64,000 nt of DNA from Planctomycetota bacterium (lineage in GTDB: Bacteria > Planctomycetota > MHYJ01 > WSZJ01), in contig JBBTCT010000016.1 of assembly GCA_038060895.1 (NCBI GenBank), positions 4,020 to 68,019 on the forward strand, read 5' to 3'. Within the stretch, counting starts at the first letter, position 1, and each line of letters opens with the position of its first letter. The translations under genes were made by a program, and so were the position numbers. A model generated the notes under the pieces. That model was not told the DNA's origin, did not search any database, and saw only the letters and a list, made by a program, of their open reading frames with translations. This document shows, piece by piece, positions 29,444 to 39,292 of the stretch.

Positions 29444-30919
29444 ATGCAGCCCGCGCTCCGTCTCGCTTCCGCCGAAGGCCTCGAACTTCACCTGCGCGTC
29501 ACCGACGCGGATGTCCTCTCGGAACTGAGTCGCCTCACAGACTCCGCCGAGCGCGACGCTTTCGCCCTCGCGGCCCTGCGCATCGGCGTCCTCGCCATCC
29601 GCCAGGCCGGCGGCGCGCTCGACGAGCGGACCTTGCGCGACGCGGGAAAGACAATGGTCGCCGAGGTCGAGCGCGTCATGAACGAGCACCGGCTTCAGAC
29701 CGTGACGCGCATCGAGAAGGAGATGCAGGGCTACTTCGACCGCGCCAACGGCAAGGTTCCCCAGTTCCTCGACGAAATGACGAAGCCCGGCGGGAACATC
29801 GACCGCATGCTCCGCCAGCACCTCGCCAGCGACCAGTCAACGCTCGCCTCGACGCTGACGCAGCACGTCGGCCAGCAATCGCCGCTTCTCCAGATGCTCT
29901 CCCCGGAACTGAAAACCGGCCTGCTCGCGCGCGTGGAGGACCTCGTCAAAAAGAACCTCGAGGAACAGCGCTCCACGTTCCTCGGCGAGTTCGACCTGAA
30001 CCGCGACCAGTCCGCGCTCTCGCGGCTCGTGAAGCAGATGAAGGAAGGGCAGGGAAGCCTCGAGACGAACTTCCGGGAGACCATCGGCAAGCTCGCCAGC
30101 GAATGGTCCCTCGACAACGAGAATTCCTCGGTCGCCCGCTTCAAGAAGGACGTCGCCGCGTCGATCGACAAGCTCGTCGAAGGCCAGACCCTGTTCCAGA
30201 AGGAAGTCGTCCGCGAGCTGGCCGCGCTTCGAGAAAAGCGCGCGACCGAGGCGGTGACGACGCGCAAGGGGGCGACGTTCGAGGAAGCGCTGGGGAGCGT
30301 CGTCCGCGCGGAAGCGGAGAAGGCCCGCGAGAAATTCGACGCGGTCGGGCTGACCGTCGGCGAGATCAAGAACTGCAAGAAGGGGGACTTCACGATCGAG
30401 CTCGGCCCGGACTCCGCGGCCCCCGGCGAGCGGATCGTGGTCGAGGCGAAGGAGGACGCCGGATTCACGATGCGGCTCGCGATGGAGGAACTCGGGATCG
30501 CCCGGCCGAATCGCAAGGCCCAGGCCGGCATCTTCGTCCTGTCGCGCGCGGTCGCTCCCGAGGGGATGGCCCGCTTTCAGCGCTTCGGCAACGACCTCGT
30601 CATCGTCTGGGACGTCGAGGACCCGGCGACCGATCTTTGGCTCCTGGCCGCCCTCGAAGTCTCGCGCGCGCTCATCGTGCGCCGCGCCCGTGAGGCCGTC
30701 GCAACGTCGACCAGCCTCGCCGAGATCGACACCGCCATCGCCCAGCTCGAAAAGGACGCGACCGGCCTGCAGAGCATCGCGACCTACGCCAACACCGTGA
30801 CCGGCGCCGCCGACAAGATCCGCGAGGAAGTCGAAAAGCTCATGAAGAAGGTAGCGAAGCGGATCTCGGAGATGCGCGAGGGGGTGGAGACGTTGAAGGG
30901 CGCCGGCGGAAGCGGATAG
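29444..30919 (+). CDS. Coiled-coil protein with putative PD-(D/E)xK nuclease domain (RmuC-like architecture)
   Basis: Long helical N-terminus, then KGATFEE...KGDF...IVVEAK, then a C-terminal coiled coil. Confidence 0.7.
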   Translation: MQPALRLASAEGLELHLRVTDADVLSELSRLTDSAERDAFALAALRIGVLAIRQAGGALDERTLRDAGKTMVAEVERVMNEHRLQTVTRIEKEMQGYFDRANGKVPQFLDEMTKPGGNIDRMLRQHLASDQSTLASTLTQHVGQQSPLLQMLSPELKTGLLARVEDLVKKNLEEQRSTFLGEFDLNRDQSALSRLVKQMKEGQGSLETNFRETIGKLASEWSLDNENSSVARFKKDVAASIDKLVEGQTLFQKEVVRELAALREKRATEAVTTRKGATFEEALGSVVRAEAEKAREKFDAVGLTVGEIKNCKKGDFTIELGPDSAAPGERIVVEAKEDAGFTMRLAMEELGIARPNRKAQAGIFVLSRAVAPEGMARFQRFGNDLVIVWDVEDPATDLWLLAALEVSRALIVRRAREAVATSTSLAEIDTAIAQLEKDATGLQSIATYANTVTGAADKIREEVEKLMKKVAKRISEMREGVETLKGAGGSG

Positions 30920-30943
30920 GGAACGTTCGGCGCTCCGCGTCGC

Positions 30944-31840
30944 CTACTTCTCCGTGGGGAGCGGCAGGAAGTCCGAAAGCTTTGTTGTCAGGATCCATCG
31001 TTTCCCTTCGATCGCAAATTCCACCGGAGGCAAACCCTCGGATTCGTAGACGACGCGGACAGGGGAGCGGTGGGCGACCTTCCACGTGCCGCGCAGGAGC
31101 CGGTCGGCGGTCTCTTTCGCGCGAGTGGCTTCCAGGATTTCGTTCGAGAGCCCCTGGTTCACGGCGTAGTCGCTAAACCGGGTGAACCTGAGGAAGGTCT
31201 CTCCGACCAATCCCTTGGTGGCGTACTTTTCCCGCACTTTCCTGCGCGCGCGATTGCTGAGCAACCGGAGCAGGGCGCTGCCATCCGCTGTCACCATTGC
31301 GGCGCGCCATCGAGGGAAATAGCGGTCCGGCGGAGGCGGTGACAACGTTGTCCTTCGAAGACAAGTCGAATCATCGATCCGAAATCGCCCGTCCTTCCAG
31401 GTGGCCCGAACTCGTACCGGCGCCCAGCGCGCTTGTATCACCGCTTCCAGAACCTCTTCGCTTAGTTCCACGTGACTCACCGCGGGACTCTGGAAATACA
31501 TGGAAAAGCCTGCCTGAAACGGAGGGAACGAGTGGCGCAGGTACTCCTGGGGCGTGGTTTCCGGTAGAGACCTGAGTCCTGAAGTAATCCAGACCGTAGC
31601 GCTCGCAAGCAGATTTCCCGAGGCCGCATGCCGAAGCAGGACGCGAGCCTTCGAGATCTCGGCGGCACGGAATTCCTTCGATTGGAGCTTTTCCCAATCA
31701 TCAGGACTCGGCGAGTCCAAAGCGATGGCGACCTCGTTGAGAAAGCGGCGAACGTCCCCAAGGTCCGGCTTTTCCCCCGCTGAAGCCTGGAGTGAGCCGC
31801 CGATCGTCGCGAAACCCAGGAGAAGGAGCAGTCGTTTCAC
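30944..31840 (-). CDS. Hypothetical exported protein
   Basis: Signal-peptide-like N-terminus; codon usage less GC3-biased than neighbours. Confidence 0.55.
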   Translation of the reverse strand: MKRLLLLLGFATIGGSLQASAGEKPDLGDVRRFLNEVAIALDSPSPDDWEKLQSKEFRAAEISKARVLLRHAASGNLLASATVWITSGLRSLPETTPQEYLRHSFPPFQAGFSMYFQSPAVSHVELSEEVLEAVIQARWAPVRVRATWKDGRFRIDDSTCLRRTTLSPPPPDRYFPRWRAAMVTADGSALLRLLSNRARRKVREKYATKGLVGETFLRFTRFSDYAVNQGLSNEILEATRAKETADRLLRGTWKVAHRSPVRVVYESEGLPPVEFAIEGKRWILTTKLSDFLPLPTEK

Positions 31841-31955
31841 CCGTGCATGATTTCACTTCTGAGCCCGGAGTACAACGCCTGCGGCTTCGCATCCCCGGAA
31901 TACCGGATCGGCACGGGCTCCAGAGGGAAGAAGAGGTCGAGCGTCCAATCTTGAT

Positions 31956-31975
31956 ATGCCATACAATCATGGCAT
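31956..31975. promoter_or_regulatory. Putative TA operator palindrome
   Basis: ATGCCAT-N6-ATGGCAT overlapping TACAAT, just upstream of the antitoxin RBS. Confidence 0.6.
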
Positions 31976-31996
31976 CTTCTATGACAGGAGTTAGCC

Positions 31997-32254
31997 ATGC
32001 GGAATCTTCACGTGCCCCTGCCGGATTCGATTTACGCCGGTCTGCGCCAGGAGTCACAGCGCCGCGGGCGCCCCGCGACCGAAGTTGCGCGCGAAGCGAT
32101 ATCCCTCTGGCTCAAGGCGATGCGAAAAGCCGCCGTTCGAAAGGAACTTGCGGCTTGGATCCGTGAATTTGCCGGCACGGAGCATGATCTCGATCCGGCG
32201 CTTGAACGGGCGGGGATCGAAGAGATGTTGCGCCTTGGCGAGGATGAGAAGTGA
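31997..32254 (+). CDS. Ribbon-helix-helix (CopG-like) antitoxin
   Basis: MRNLHVPLPD beta-strand plus two helices; overlaps the toxin start (GTGA); CAGGAG RBS. Confidence 0.8.
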   Translation: MRNLHVPLPDSIYAGLRQESQRRGRPATEVAREAISLWLKAMRKAAVRKELAAWIREFAGTEHDLDPALERAGIEEMLRLGEDEK

Positions 32255-32598
32255 AGCGCGGCGAGGTTTACATGGCGACGCTCGAGCCGCGTTCAGGATC
32301 AGAGCAGCGGGGGACGCGGCCTGTGTTGCTGGTAACGAGCGACCAGTTCAATTCGGTCGAGGCATGGAATTCGTTGATCGTTGTGCCGCTCTCGACATCG
32401 ACGAAGAACCTGTGGCGCGGGCCGTGCTGCGTTGCGGTCAGCGCCGGGGCGGCCGGACTGCGGAAAGACAGTTTTGTTCTGTGTCATCAAGTGACCACCC
32501 TTGACCGCGCCAAGATTGGCAAGCATCTGGGCAGTCTGCCCGTGGCGGCCCTTGAAGAAGTCGCTGAAGGACTTCGAATCGCGCTGGGGATTGATTGA
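32251..32598 (+). CDS. PemK/MazF family toxin
   Basis: RGEVY...GSEQRGTRPVLLV, VVPLST, QVTTLDR. Confidence 0.93.
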   Translation: MKRGEVYMATLEPRSGSEQRGTRPVLLVTSDQFNSVEAWNSLIVVPLSTSTKNLWRGPCCVAVSAGAAGLRKDSFVLCHQVTTLDRAKIGKHLGSLPVAALEEVAEGLRIALGID

Positions 32599-32646
32599 GG
32601 ATTCAACGAAGGAGATTGCGCTCGCGCGAATCGATCCAGCTCCGAG

Positions 32647-33897
32647 CTACGGTTTCCGTTCCCCGGAATACCTGATCCGCACCGTCTCCCTCGGAAAGAA
32701 CAGGTCGAGCGTCCAGTCGAGCATCACCCGGAGCTTGTTCCTCAGGCCCGGTAGTTTGAACAGGTACGTGGTCCTCCAGAGCCACCACGCGGGGAAACCC
32801 CAGAAGCGCATCCCGAAAAACTCGGAGACGGCGTAGCGCCGGCCGAGGGACACGAGGCGGCCGAGGCGCCGGAAGCGAAACTTGCGCAGCGGGCGGCCGC
32901 GGAGCCCGGCGATGAGGTTGCCTGCGACGACTTTCGCTTCTTGCCACGCAACCTGGCCTTCGGGGCCGAGCGTTTTGCCGTCCTGGGTGAACGACGCGCA
33001 GTCGCCGAGCGCAAAGACATCCGGATGGCCCTTGAGCCGGAGATTCTCGTCGAGTTCCAGCCGGCCGCCCTTGTCTTTCGGCGCGTCAAGCGCGGCGACG
33101 ACCGGATTGGGCGCGAGGCCTGCCGTCCACGCCAGCGTGTGGCAGGAAATCGACGAACCGTCGTTCAGGGAGATTGCGGCGCCGTCGAATGCCGCGATGC
33201 GCGTCTTCAGGCGCAGTTCGATCTTCTTGCGCTTCATCCGCTTCTCGGCGTACGCCGAGAGCGACTCGTCCAGCGAGCCGAGCACGCGCTCGCTCCCCTC
33301 GACAATCATCATCTTCACTTCGTCGCGCCCGATGTCCGGGTACTGGTGCCGCACGATTTCGTCGAGGAAGTCGCTCACGTCGCACGCGAGCTCCACGCCC
33401 GTCGGTCCGGCGCCCGCGATCGCGAACGTCAGGTGGGCGGTTCGGTCCGGACCCTTCGGCATGCGCGACGCCTCTTCCAGGCAGTCGATCACGCGGTTGC
33501 GGTAGGCGATCGCCTCCGGCAGGGTCCGCATGAACCACGCGTTCTGGGCGACCCCCGGGAGGTTGAACGTCCCCGTCACGCTTCCCAGCGCGATCACGAG
33601 CAGGTCGTACGCCACCGGACCCACCGTCGTCTCCACCGTTTTCGCCGCCAGGTCGATCCGCGTCACCGCCGCTTCCACCACCTTCGCCCGGCCGGCGAGC
33701 ATTTCGCGAAGCGGCGACGTCGCGTGGCGGACCTCCATGGCGCCGCCGACGATCTCGGTGCAGAACGGCGTGAAGAACAGGTAGTTGTCGCGCGCGACGA
33801 GCGTGATGTCCGCCTCGTCCTTGCGAACCATCCCTGCGGCCCTGCGCGCGACGAAGGCGCCGCCGAAGCCGCCGCCCAGCACGACGACGCGCTTCAC
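32647..33897 (-). CDS. Type II NADH dehydrogenase-like FAD oxidoreductase
   Basis: VVLGGGFGG, GAGPTGVELA, WTAG, FALGD, GFPAWWLWR; GTG start overlapping the upstream stop. Confidence 0.92.
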   Translation of the reverse strand: MKRVVVLGGGFGGAFVARRAAGMVRKDEADITLVARDNYLFFTPFCTEIVGGAMEVRHATSPLREMLAGRAKVVEAAVTRIDLAAKTVETTVGPVAYDLLVIALGSVTGTFNLPGVAQNAWFMRTLPEAIAYRNRVIDCLEEASRMPKGPDRTAHLTFAIAGAGPTGVELACDVSDFLDEIVRHQYPDIGRDEVKMMIVEGSERVLGSLDESLSAYAEKRMKRKKIELRLKTRIAAFDGAAISLNDGSSISCHTLAWTAGLAPNPVVAALDAPKDKGGRLELDENLRLKGHPDVFALGDCASFTQDGKTLGPEGQVAWQEAKVVAGNLIAGLRGRPLRKFRFRRLGRLVSLGRRYAVSEFFGMRFWGFPAWWLWRTTYLFKLPGLRNKLRVMLDWTLDLFFPRETVRIRYSGERKP

Positions 33898-34934
33898 TTT
33901 TTCTTCGGCCGGCGCGCGACCTTGCGCTCGCCGACGAGAAACTGCGACATGAGGTGGGGCGGGGCGTGAAGGACTGGCTCGGAGAATCCGGTCTTCGTGA
34001 ACATGCGCGTGTATTCGCTGAACGAGTACGTCCGGCCCTCGCGCGTCCACGCCAGCATGACGGCCGCGAACATCGCCGCATGCGCATTCGATACCCCGTC
34101 CTCGGCCGCAACGAACTCGTGCACGAGCAGCCGGCCTCCCGGAACGAGCGCGAGCGCGAATCGCTTCAGGAGCGTCTCGCAGGTGCCCGGTGAGAAATGG
34201 TGCAGGACGTGGGAAGCGATGATGGCGTCGTAAGGGCCGCCCAGGTCCGTCCGGAACATGTCGCCGCCGACGCAGGTCACGCGCTTCGACAGCCCGAGCT
34301 CCCGCGCGCGCTTCTTCACGGACGGCACCACATGCGCGCCGTCGAGCAGGGTGACGTGCGCGCCCGGGCAGTGGCCGGCGACGGTCAACCCGTAGAGGCC
34401 GGATCCGCAGGCGACGTCGAGGACCTTTGAGGGGGCGCGGTCCTCGAGGAAGCGCTTGAGAAGCGACTCCGAGTACCCGGCGGCCGGGGCGGCGAAGGCG
34501 TCGGAATTGTCGGCGAACGTCTCCCAGAAGCGCTGGCCCGGTGTCTCTGCGTGGAAGGGAAGGACGGTTCCGCCGTGCCGGACGGCCTGGGCGAAGCGGC
34601 CGAAGGCGTCCCAGAGTGCGGGGTCGCAGAGGATGCGCGCGGCGCCGCCGACATATCCCGGGCGGCCCGGGACCAGAAACTGCGCCGCATCGAGCGAAAG
34701 TCGATAGCGGCGACTTTCCTTGTGAAGGAGGCCGGTCGAGGCGAGGGCGTCGCAGAGGATGGCGGCGGACCGTTCGGGGCAGCGGACGGCCGCGGCGACC
34801 TGCGCCGCAGCGCGGGGTCCCTTGGCAAGGGCGCCGAAAACACCGAGCTGGATCGCCGCGTTGAGGACGCCGCTGGCGTGGAATCCCTGAAGCAGGTTGA
34901 AGATCGGGGCGGGGGACGGCGCGGTGGGGGGCAT
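33894..34934 (-). CDS. SAM-dependent O-methyltransferase (dimerisation domain + Methyltransf_2 type)
   Basis: N-terminal AIQLGVF winged helix, LDVACGSG, GGDMF, SHVLHHF, PGGRLL. Confidence 0.9.
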   Translation of the reverse strand: MPPTAPSPAPIFNLLQGFHASGVLNAAIQLGVFGALAKGPRAAAQVAAAVRCPERSAAILCDALASTGLLHKESRRYRLSLDAAQFLVPGRPGYVGGAARILCDPALWDAFGRFAQAVRHGGTVLPFHAETPGQRFWETFADNSDAFAAPAAGYSESLLKRFLEDRAPSKVLDVACGSGLYGLTVAGHCPGAHVTLLDGAHVVPSVKKRARELGLSKRVTCVGGDMFRTDLGGPYDAIIASHVLHHFSPGTCETLLKRFALALVPGGRLLVHEFVAAEDGVSNAHAAMFAAVMLAWTREGRTYSFSEYTRMFTKTGFSEPVLHAPPHLMSQFLVGERKVARRPKKK

Positions 34935-34963
34935 GGGTGGGGACAGTGAAAGGCAAAAGCAGG

Positions 34964-34998
34964 AAACGAAAAACAAAAAACGAAAAACGAAAAACGAA
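34964..34998 (+). repeat. 7-bp tandem repeat (AAACGAA)x5
   Basis: aaacgaa aaacaaa aaacgaa aaacgaa aaacgaa in a divergent intergenic region. Confidence 0.9.
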
Positions 34999-35084
34999 AA
35001 GTGAAATGCGGCGAAATGAGGCATGATCCCCGCCTGTCCGTCGCCGTTCGCGTCGCACTGGCCCTTCACCCGGAGATCCGCTTC

Positions 35085-35489
35085 ATGCCCCTCACCGACC
35101 AGGAAAAGAACTTCGCCTTCTCCCACCTCATCGCCGCCGCCACCGGCTACAGCCTCGAGCACCCCGGACAGTCCGTGCTGGCCGCCAACAAGGACGGCAA
35201 GCGCGCCCTCCTCCGCTGGGCGAAGGACGCAAAGGCCACGCTCGAAATGCAGCGCGCCCAGGTCAAGGCCGCACAGGAACTCCTCGTCGCCATCGGCGAC
35301 CCAACCGGCGTGCTCTACGAGGTGTTTCGAGTGAAGCGCGACGACATTCTTCGCTTCCGGAAAGACGGCTCCCGTCCGGCGCTCATGACGCTGAGCCTGC
35401 GCGACGCGGCCGAAGCGCTCGAAATGGTGACGCCGCTTCAGGTGACGGGAAGGCAGTTGGAGCAGGCGTGGGACAGGCTGAAAAAATAG
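35085..35489 (+). CDS. Hypothetical protein
   Basis: GGAG RBS, ATG 35085, strong GC3 bias. Confidence 0.7.
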   Translation: MPLTDQEKNFAFSHLIAAATGYSLEHPGQSVLAANKDGKRALLRWAKDAKATLEMQRAQVKAAQELLVAIGDPTGVLYEVFRVKRDDILRFRKDGSRPALMTLSLRDAAEALEMVTPLQVTGRQLEQAWDRLKK

Positions 35490-35493
35490 CGGC

Positions 35494-36177
35494 CTACTTC
35501 CGCTGGATTGCCTTCGATTCCACCTCCCACCACAAGTACATCAGCCCCTCCCGCTTCACCCGTCCGCGGAATCCCTCCGCCCCGCCCGACTCCGTCGCGG
35601 CTGTCGGCGCCCATTCGGCCGCTTCCCGGAAGATCGCGTCGTCCGCGGGGGGCGACGGGAACCACAGTTCGACCCAGTCGTCGCCGCAGCCGGCGATTTC
35701 GACGGGTGTTGAAGAGCGCCACGCGCGGACGCGGCCGGAGATGACGTCCCCGTTGCGGGTCCCCATGAAGCGGAGGGCCTCGATCGAGTCCTTCGCGTCG
35801 ATGGCGACGATGCAGGCGGGGACTCCCGCGGCGATGTTGTCCTCGACCATGAACGCGGCCGCGCGTCCTGCGAGGCGTTCGCGGAGCCGGGCGAGGGTGG
35901 CATAGGCCGTCGCTCCATCCGGCATGATGGCAAGCCCCGTGCGCTTGCGCGTCCCCTCGAACACGGATGGCTCGCCGCCCTCGTCGCGAAGCGCCTGCAT
36001 GTCCTCCCGCGACAATCCCGTCTCCTTGATGTCGAGCGGGTCGAGCGTCTCTCCCGCGGGTATCGCGTCCATTCCCTCGCGGTAGGAGCGCAGCAGGAGG
36101 GCCAGCAGGAACACCAGCCCGCCGGCCGCGGCGATGATGGGGAGGAAATCGGGGAGGTTTGCGTTAAACAAGGGCAT
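35494..36177 (-). CDS. Membrane-anchored DUF4253-like protein
   Basis: N-terminal TM; W...EIAGCGDDWVELWF..PP...A.E and terminal LWW pattern. Confidence 0.65.
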   Translation of the reverse strand: MPLFNANLPDFLPIIAAAGGLVFLLALLLRSYREGMDAIPAGETLDPLDIKETGLSREDMQALRDEGGEPSVFEGTRKRTGLAIMPDGATAYATLARLRERLAGRAAAFMVEDNIAAGVPACIVAIDAKDSIEALRFMGTRNGDVISGRVRAWRSSTPVEIAGCGDDWVELWFPSPPADDAIFREAAEWAPTAATESGGAEGFRGRVKREGLMYLWWEVESKAIQRK

Positions 36178-36196
36178 CTCGTCGCGTTCGACGTTC

Positions 36197-37903
36197 CTAA
36201 ACCGTGGCGAGTTCCTCCAGAACGTTTTCGATCGCAGGCCGGATTGTCCTCTCGCTCAGGTCGAACTCCGCTCCCGCCGTCCGGAACAGCTCCGGCAATC
36301 CTTTCGTCCCACCGAGCTTGAGCGCCGCCTGGTACTGCTTCACGGCGTTCGCCGAATCCCGCTTCTTGTTCGCCCAGACCTGCAGGGCCCCCAGCTGCGC
36401 GATGCCATATTCGATGTAGTAGAACGGGCTCGTGAAGAGGTGCAGCTGCCGCTGCCAGGTGCAATCTGAAATGTCCTCGTAACCGCTCATGTCCTCGATT
36501 CCGCCGAACCGCCGGCGCAGCCCCCTCCACTGCGCCGTCCGTTCTTCGCGCGTGTGCTCCGGGTGCGTGTAGACCCAGTGCTGGAAGGCGTCGATCGTGG
36601 CCACCCAGGGGAACAGGTTCAGGATTCCCTCCAGCTCCTTCCGCTTCGCGCGCTTCACGTCATCCTGCGCGTAGAACACGTCGAGGTGCTCGAACGCGAG
36701 GAGTTCCATGGCCATCGAAGCGACCTCGTTGAACTCCATCGGCGCGTGCCGGTATCGCAGGATCGGTTCTTCCTTCGCCAGCAGCGCGTGGAACGCGTGG
36801 CCGCCTTCGTGCAGGAATGTGAAGACGTCATGGTTCATGCCGGCGGCATTCATGAAGATGAACGGCTTGCGGATTTCGTGAAGGGTGGCCTGGTAACCGC
36901 CGGGCGCCTTGCCCTTGCGGCTCTCGAGGTCGAGGTTTCCGGACTCGCGAAGCGTGTCGATCATCTTCGAGAAGATCGGGTCGACGCGCCGGAACATCTC
37001 GCGGCATCCGTCGAACAGCTGCTCGCTCTTCTCGAACGGCTTTAGCGGCGGCTTGTCGTGGATGTCCACCGACAGGTCCCACGGCCGAAGCGTGTCGACT
37101 TTCAGCGCCTTGCGGCGTTCCTCCTGCATCCTGCGGACCTGCGGCACGACAAGCTTCTCGACGGCGTCGTGGAACTTCGTGCAGTCGGCGGGCGTGTAGT
37201 CCCAGCGCTCCTTCGAGCGGAACACGAGGTCGCGGAAGTTCTCAAAACCCGCGTTCTTCGCCATTTTGTGCCGGAGCGGAACCATTTTCTCGTAGACGGC
37301 GTCCAACGCGTCGCGGTCCTGGAACCGGCGTCGTGCCGTCAGCTCCCATGCTTTCTGGCGCACCGCGCGGTCGCGGTTTTCCAGGAAAGGGCCCATCTGC
37401 TGGAGCGTCAGCTCCTGCCCCTCCCACGTGACCATCATCGCGCCCATGAGCTTCTGGTATTCGTTCGACAGCCGCGTGTCCTCGACCCCGAGCGGGATGT
37501 TCTCTTCGCGGAACAGCGCGACCTGGTTTTCGTAGGAGCGCAGCAGGAGCCCCCACCGTTCCTGGTCCAGCGCCGGTCGCTTGGAATGCTCGAGAAGCAC
37601 GCGCTCCAGCTTCTGCCAGCGCGGCTGGCACTTCGGCATGATGTTCTCGGCGTATTCGAGAAACGCCTGCACCTTCTCGGAATTGTCGGTGGCGCCGGTC
37701 TTGTCGATGTAGCGCCTCGTGTACTCCTCGGCGACGGCGGCCTGCAGCTCGCTGCACTGCACGAGCCAGGCGGGGAGATCGACCTCCGGCAACTGGGCGA
37801 TCCGCTCGAGGTTGTCGAACTGCGCCGAGATGGCGTCCCAGTCGGTCGGCGCAAACTTCTTCGACAGGTAGCGGCGCGTCGTTGCGCCGGCGGTGGGACT
37901 CAT
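36197..37903 (-). CDS. pepF: M3 family oligoendopeptidase F
   Basis: RKGKAPGGY, HEGGHAFH, EVASM, PFYYIEY. Confidence 0.93.
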   Translation of the reverse strand: MSPTAGATTRRYLSKKFAPTDWDAISAQFDNLERIAQLPEVDLPAWLVQCSELQAAVAEEYTRRYIDKTGATDNSEKVQAFLEYAENIMPKCQPRWQKLERVLLEHSKRPALDQERWGLLLRSYENQVALFREENIPLGVEDTRLSNEYQKLMGAMMVTWEGQELTLQQMGPFLENRDRAVRQKAWELTARRRFQDRDALDAVYEKMVPLRHKMAKNAGFENFRDLVFRSKERWDYTPADCTKFHDAVEKLVVPQVRRMQEERRKALKVDTLRPWDLSVDIHDKPPLKPFEKSEQLFDGCREMFRRVDPIFSKMIDTLRESGNLDLESRKGKAPGGYQATLHEIRKPFIFMNAAGMNHDVFTFLHEGGHAFHALLAKEEPILRYRHAPMEFNEVASMAMELLAFEHLDVFYAQDDVKRAKRKELEGILNLFPWVATIDAFQHWVYTHPEHTREERTAQWRGLRRRFGGIEDMSGYEDISDCTWQRQLHLFTSPFYYIEYGIAQLGALQVWANKKRDSANAVKQYQAALKLGGTKGLPELFRTAGAEFDLSERTIRPAIENVLEELATV

Positions 37904-37995
37904 GGTGGCGTTCCCTTCGATGGAATTGAGCGCGGGAGGATAATGCGGCACCGGAAGGGTATCAAGCCGCGAGCGCGGGAGGGTAATATCCCCGA

Positions 37996-38403
37996 ATGCC
38001 GTCCTGGCTCTTCAAGTCCGACCCCGACACCTACTCGCTCGACGACCTCGAGCGCGAGAGCCGCGCGACGTGGGACGGCGTCGCCAACAACACCGCGCTC
38101 ATCCACCTGCGGAAGACGGCACCGGGCGACGAGGTCCTCATCTACCACTCGGGCGACGAGAAGGCCGTGGTCGGCGTCGCCAAGGTCGTGAAGGGCGGCT
38201 ACCCGGACCCGAAGAAGAAGGACCCGAAGCTTGCGGTGTGCGACCTGGAGTTCGTGAAGCGGCTGCGCGCGCCGGTGGCGCTTTCGGTCCTGAAGGCGGA
38301 GAAAGGGCTCTCGCAATTCGACCTGATCCGGATCTCGCGGCTGTCCGTGATGCCCGTGTCGGCTTCGCATCGCGCGCTGCTCTCGAAGCTGGGCGTGCGC
38401 TAA
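37996..38403 (+). CDS. EVE domain protein
   Basis: WLFKSDP, WDGVAN, GD...YHS, RLSVMPV. Confidence 0.92.
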   Translation: MPSWLFKSDPDTYSLDDLERESRATWDGVANNTALIHLRKTAPGDEVLIYHSGDEKAVVGVAKVVKGGYPDPKKKDPKLAVCDLEFVKRLRAPVALSVLKAEKGLSQFDLIRISRLSVMPVSASHRALLSKLGVR

Positions 38404-39269
38404 AGCTGGAAGGTCTCGCCCTCTTTCGCCACTTGAAATCCGCGAGCCCTCACCAGGCGTCCTTCGCGGCTCTCCGGGTTGTGTGCGGGATTGGTGTGGT
38501 TGAGGTGGATGAAGCGGACCTTCGCGCGTTCGCGCGCCGGCAACGCCGAGAGGCGCTCGATCGTCTCCGCAAGCGGCGGGTGGGGAATCTCTGCGGCCGG
38601 GCGGAATGGGAGTTCGTCGAGGCTGAAGAAGGTCGCGTCGAGCCACGCAGCGTCCACCGCGGCGATCGCGTCCTCGAGGGGGGTGTTCCAGAGTTCCCAT
38701 CGGTCGATGTCGGGGAGCCAGAGGACGGACCGGCGCGGCCCGGCGACGCGAAAGGCGACGGTTTCGGTGTACTCGGCGCGGTGCGGGACGGAGAGGGGAG
38801 TGATGGAGAGCGACGGGGCCAGCAGCACGGCGCGGTGATCGCGAAGCGGCCGGATGTCGATGTTTTTATTTCGAACGAGCTGCTCCCACGGGGCATTGCC
38901 GCGAAGCAGCGCTGCCATCTTGCCCATCGCATGCACGTCGACGCCGCGTGCGTTCATGGCCTCCCGGCCAAGCTGAAGCAGCCCGGCATAGTGGCCCATG
39001 TGCCCGTGCGTCAGGAAAACGCCCTCCAGCGATCCGGGGAACCGTCGATCCAGGAAGGCCAGCTGGGAACCGAAGTCGGGCGTTGCGTCGATCAGCCAGC
39101 GCTTCCCGGATTCCACCACAGCGGCGCAAGCCGCCCGGCGGCTCAGCTTCGGGTCGTGACGCACCCGCGCGCAGCACGCGCGCCGGCAACCGGCCTGCGG
39201 CAGGCCCGCGTCCTGGGCCATTCCGAGGACGACAAACCGGGGCTTCACGATCCGGGGGCTGGGGCGCAT
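38400..39269 (-). CDS. PqqB-like MBL-fold metallo-hydrolase
   Basis: LGMAQDAGLPQAGC..C, LIDATPD, THGHMGH, VPHR, HLNHTNP. Confidence 0.88.
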   Translation of the reverse strand: MRPSPRIVKPRFVVLGMAQDAGLPQAGCRRACCARVRHDPKLSRRAACAAVVESGKRWLIDATPDFGSQLAFLDRRFPGSLEGVFLTHGHMGHYAGLLQLGREAMNARGVDVHAMGKMAALLRGNAPWEQLVRNKNIDIRPLRDHRAVLLAPSLSITPLSVPHRAEYTETVAFRVAGPRRSVLWLPDIDRWELWNTPLEDAIAAVDAAWLDATFFSLDELPFRPAAEIPHPPLAETIERLSALPARERAKVRFIHLNHTNPAHNPESREGRLVRARGFQVAKEGETFQL

Positions 39270-39292
39270 GTTCGCCCGGATTGTGACCGGGC

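Noticed and set aside
32647-35058. Apparent 803-aa NADH dehydrogenase fusion
   Set aside because: The upstream half is an off-frame reading of the methyltransferase gene; the real start is GTG 33897
38400-39269. PQQ biosynthesis locus
   Set aside because: Only a PqqB-like hydrolase; no pqqA/C/D/E nearby
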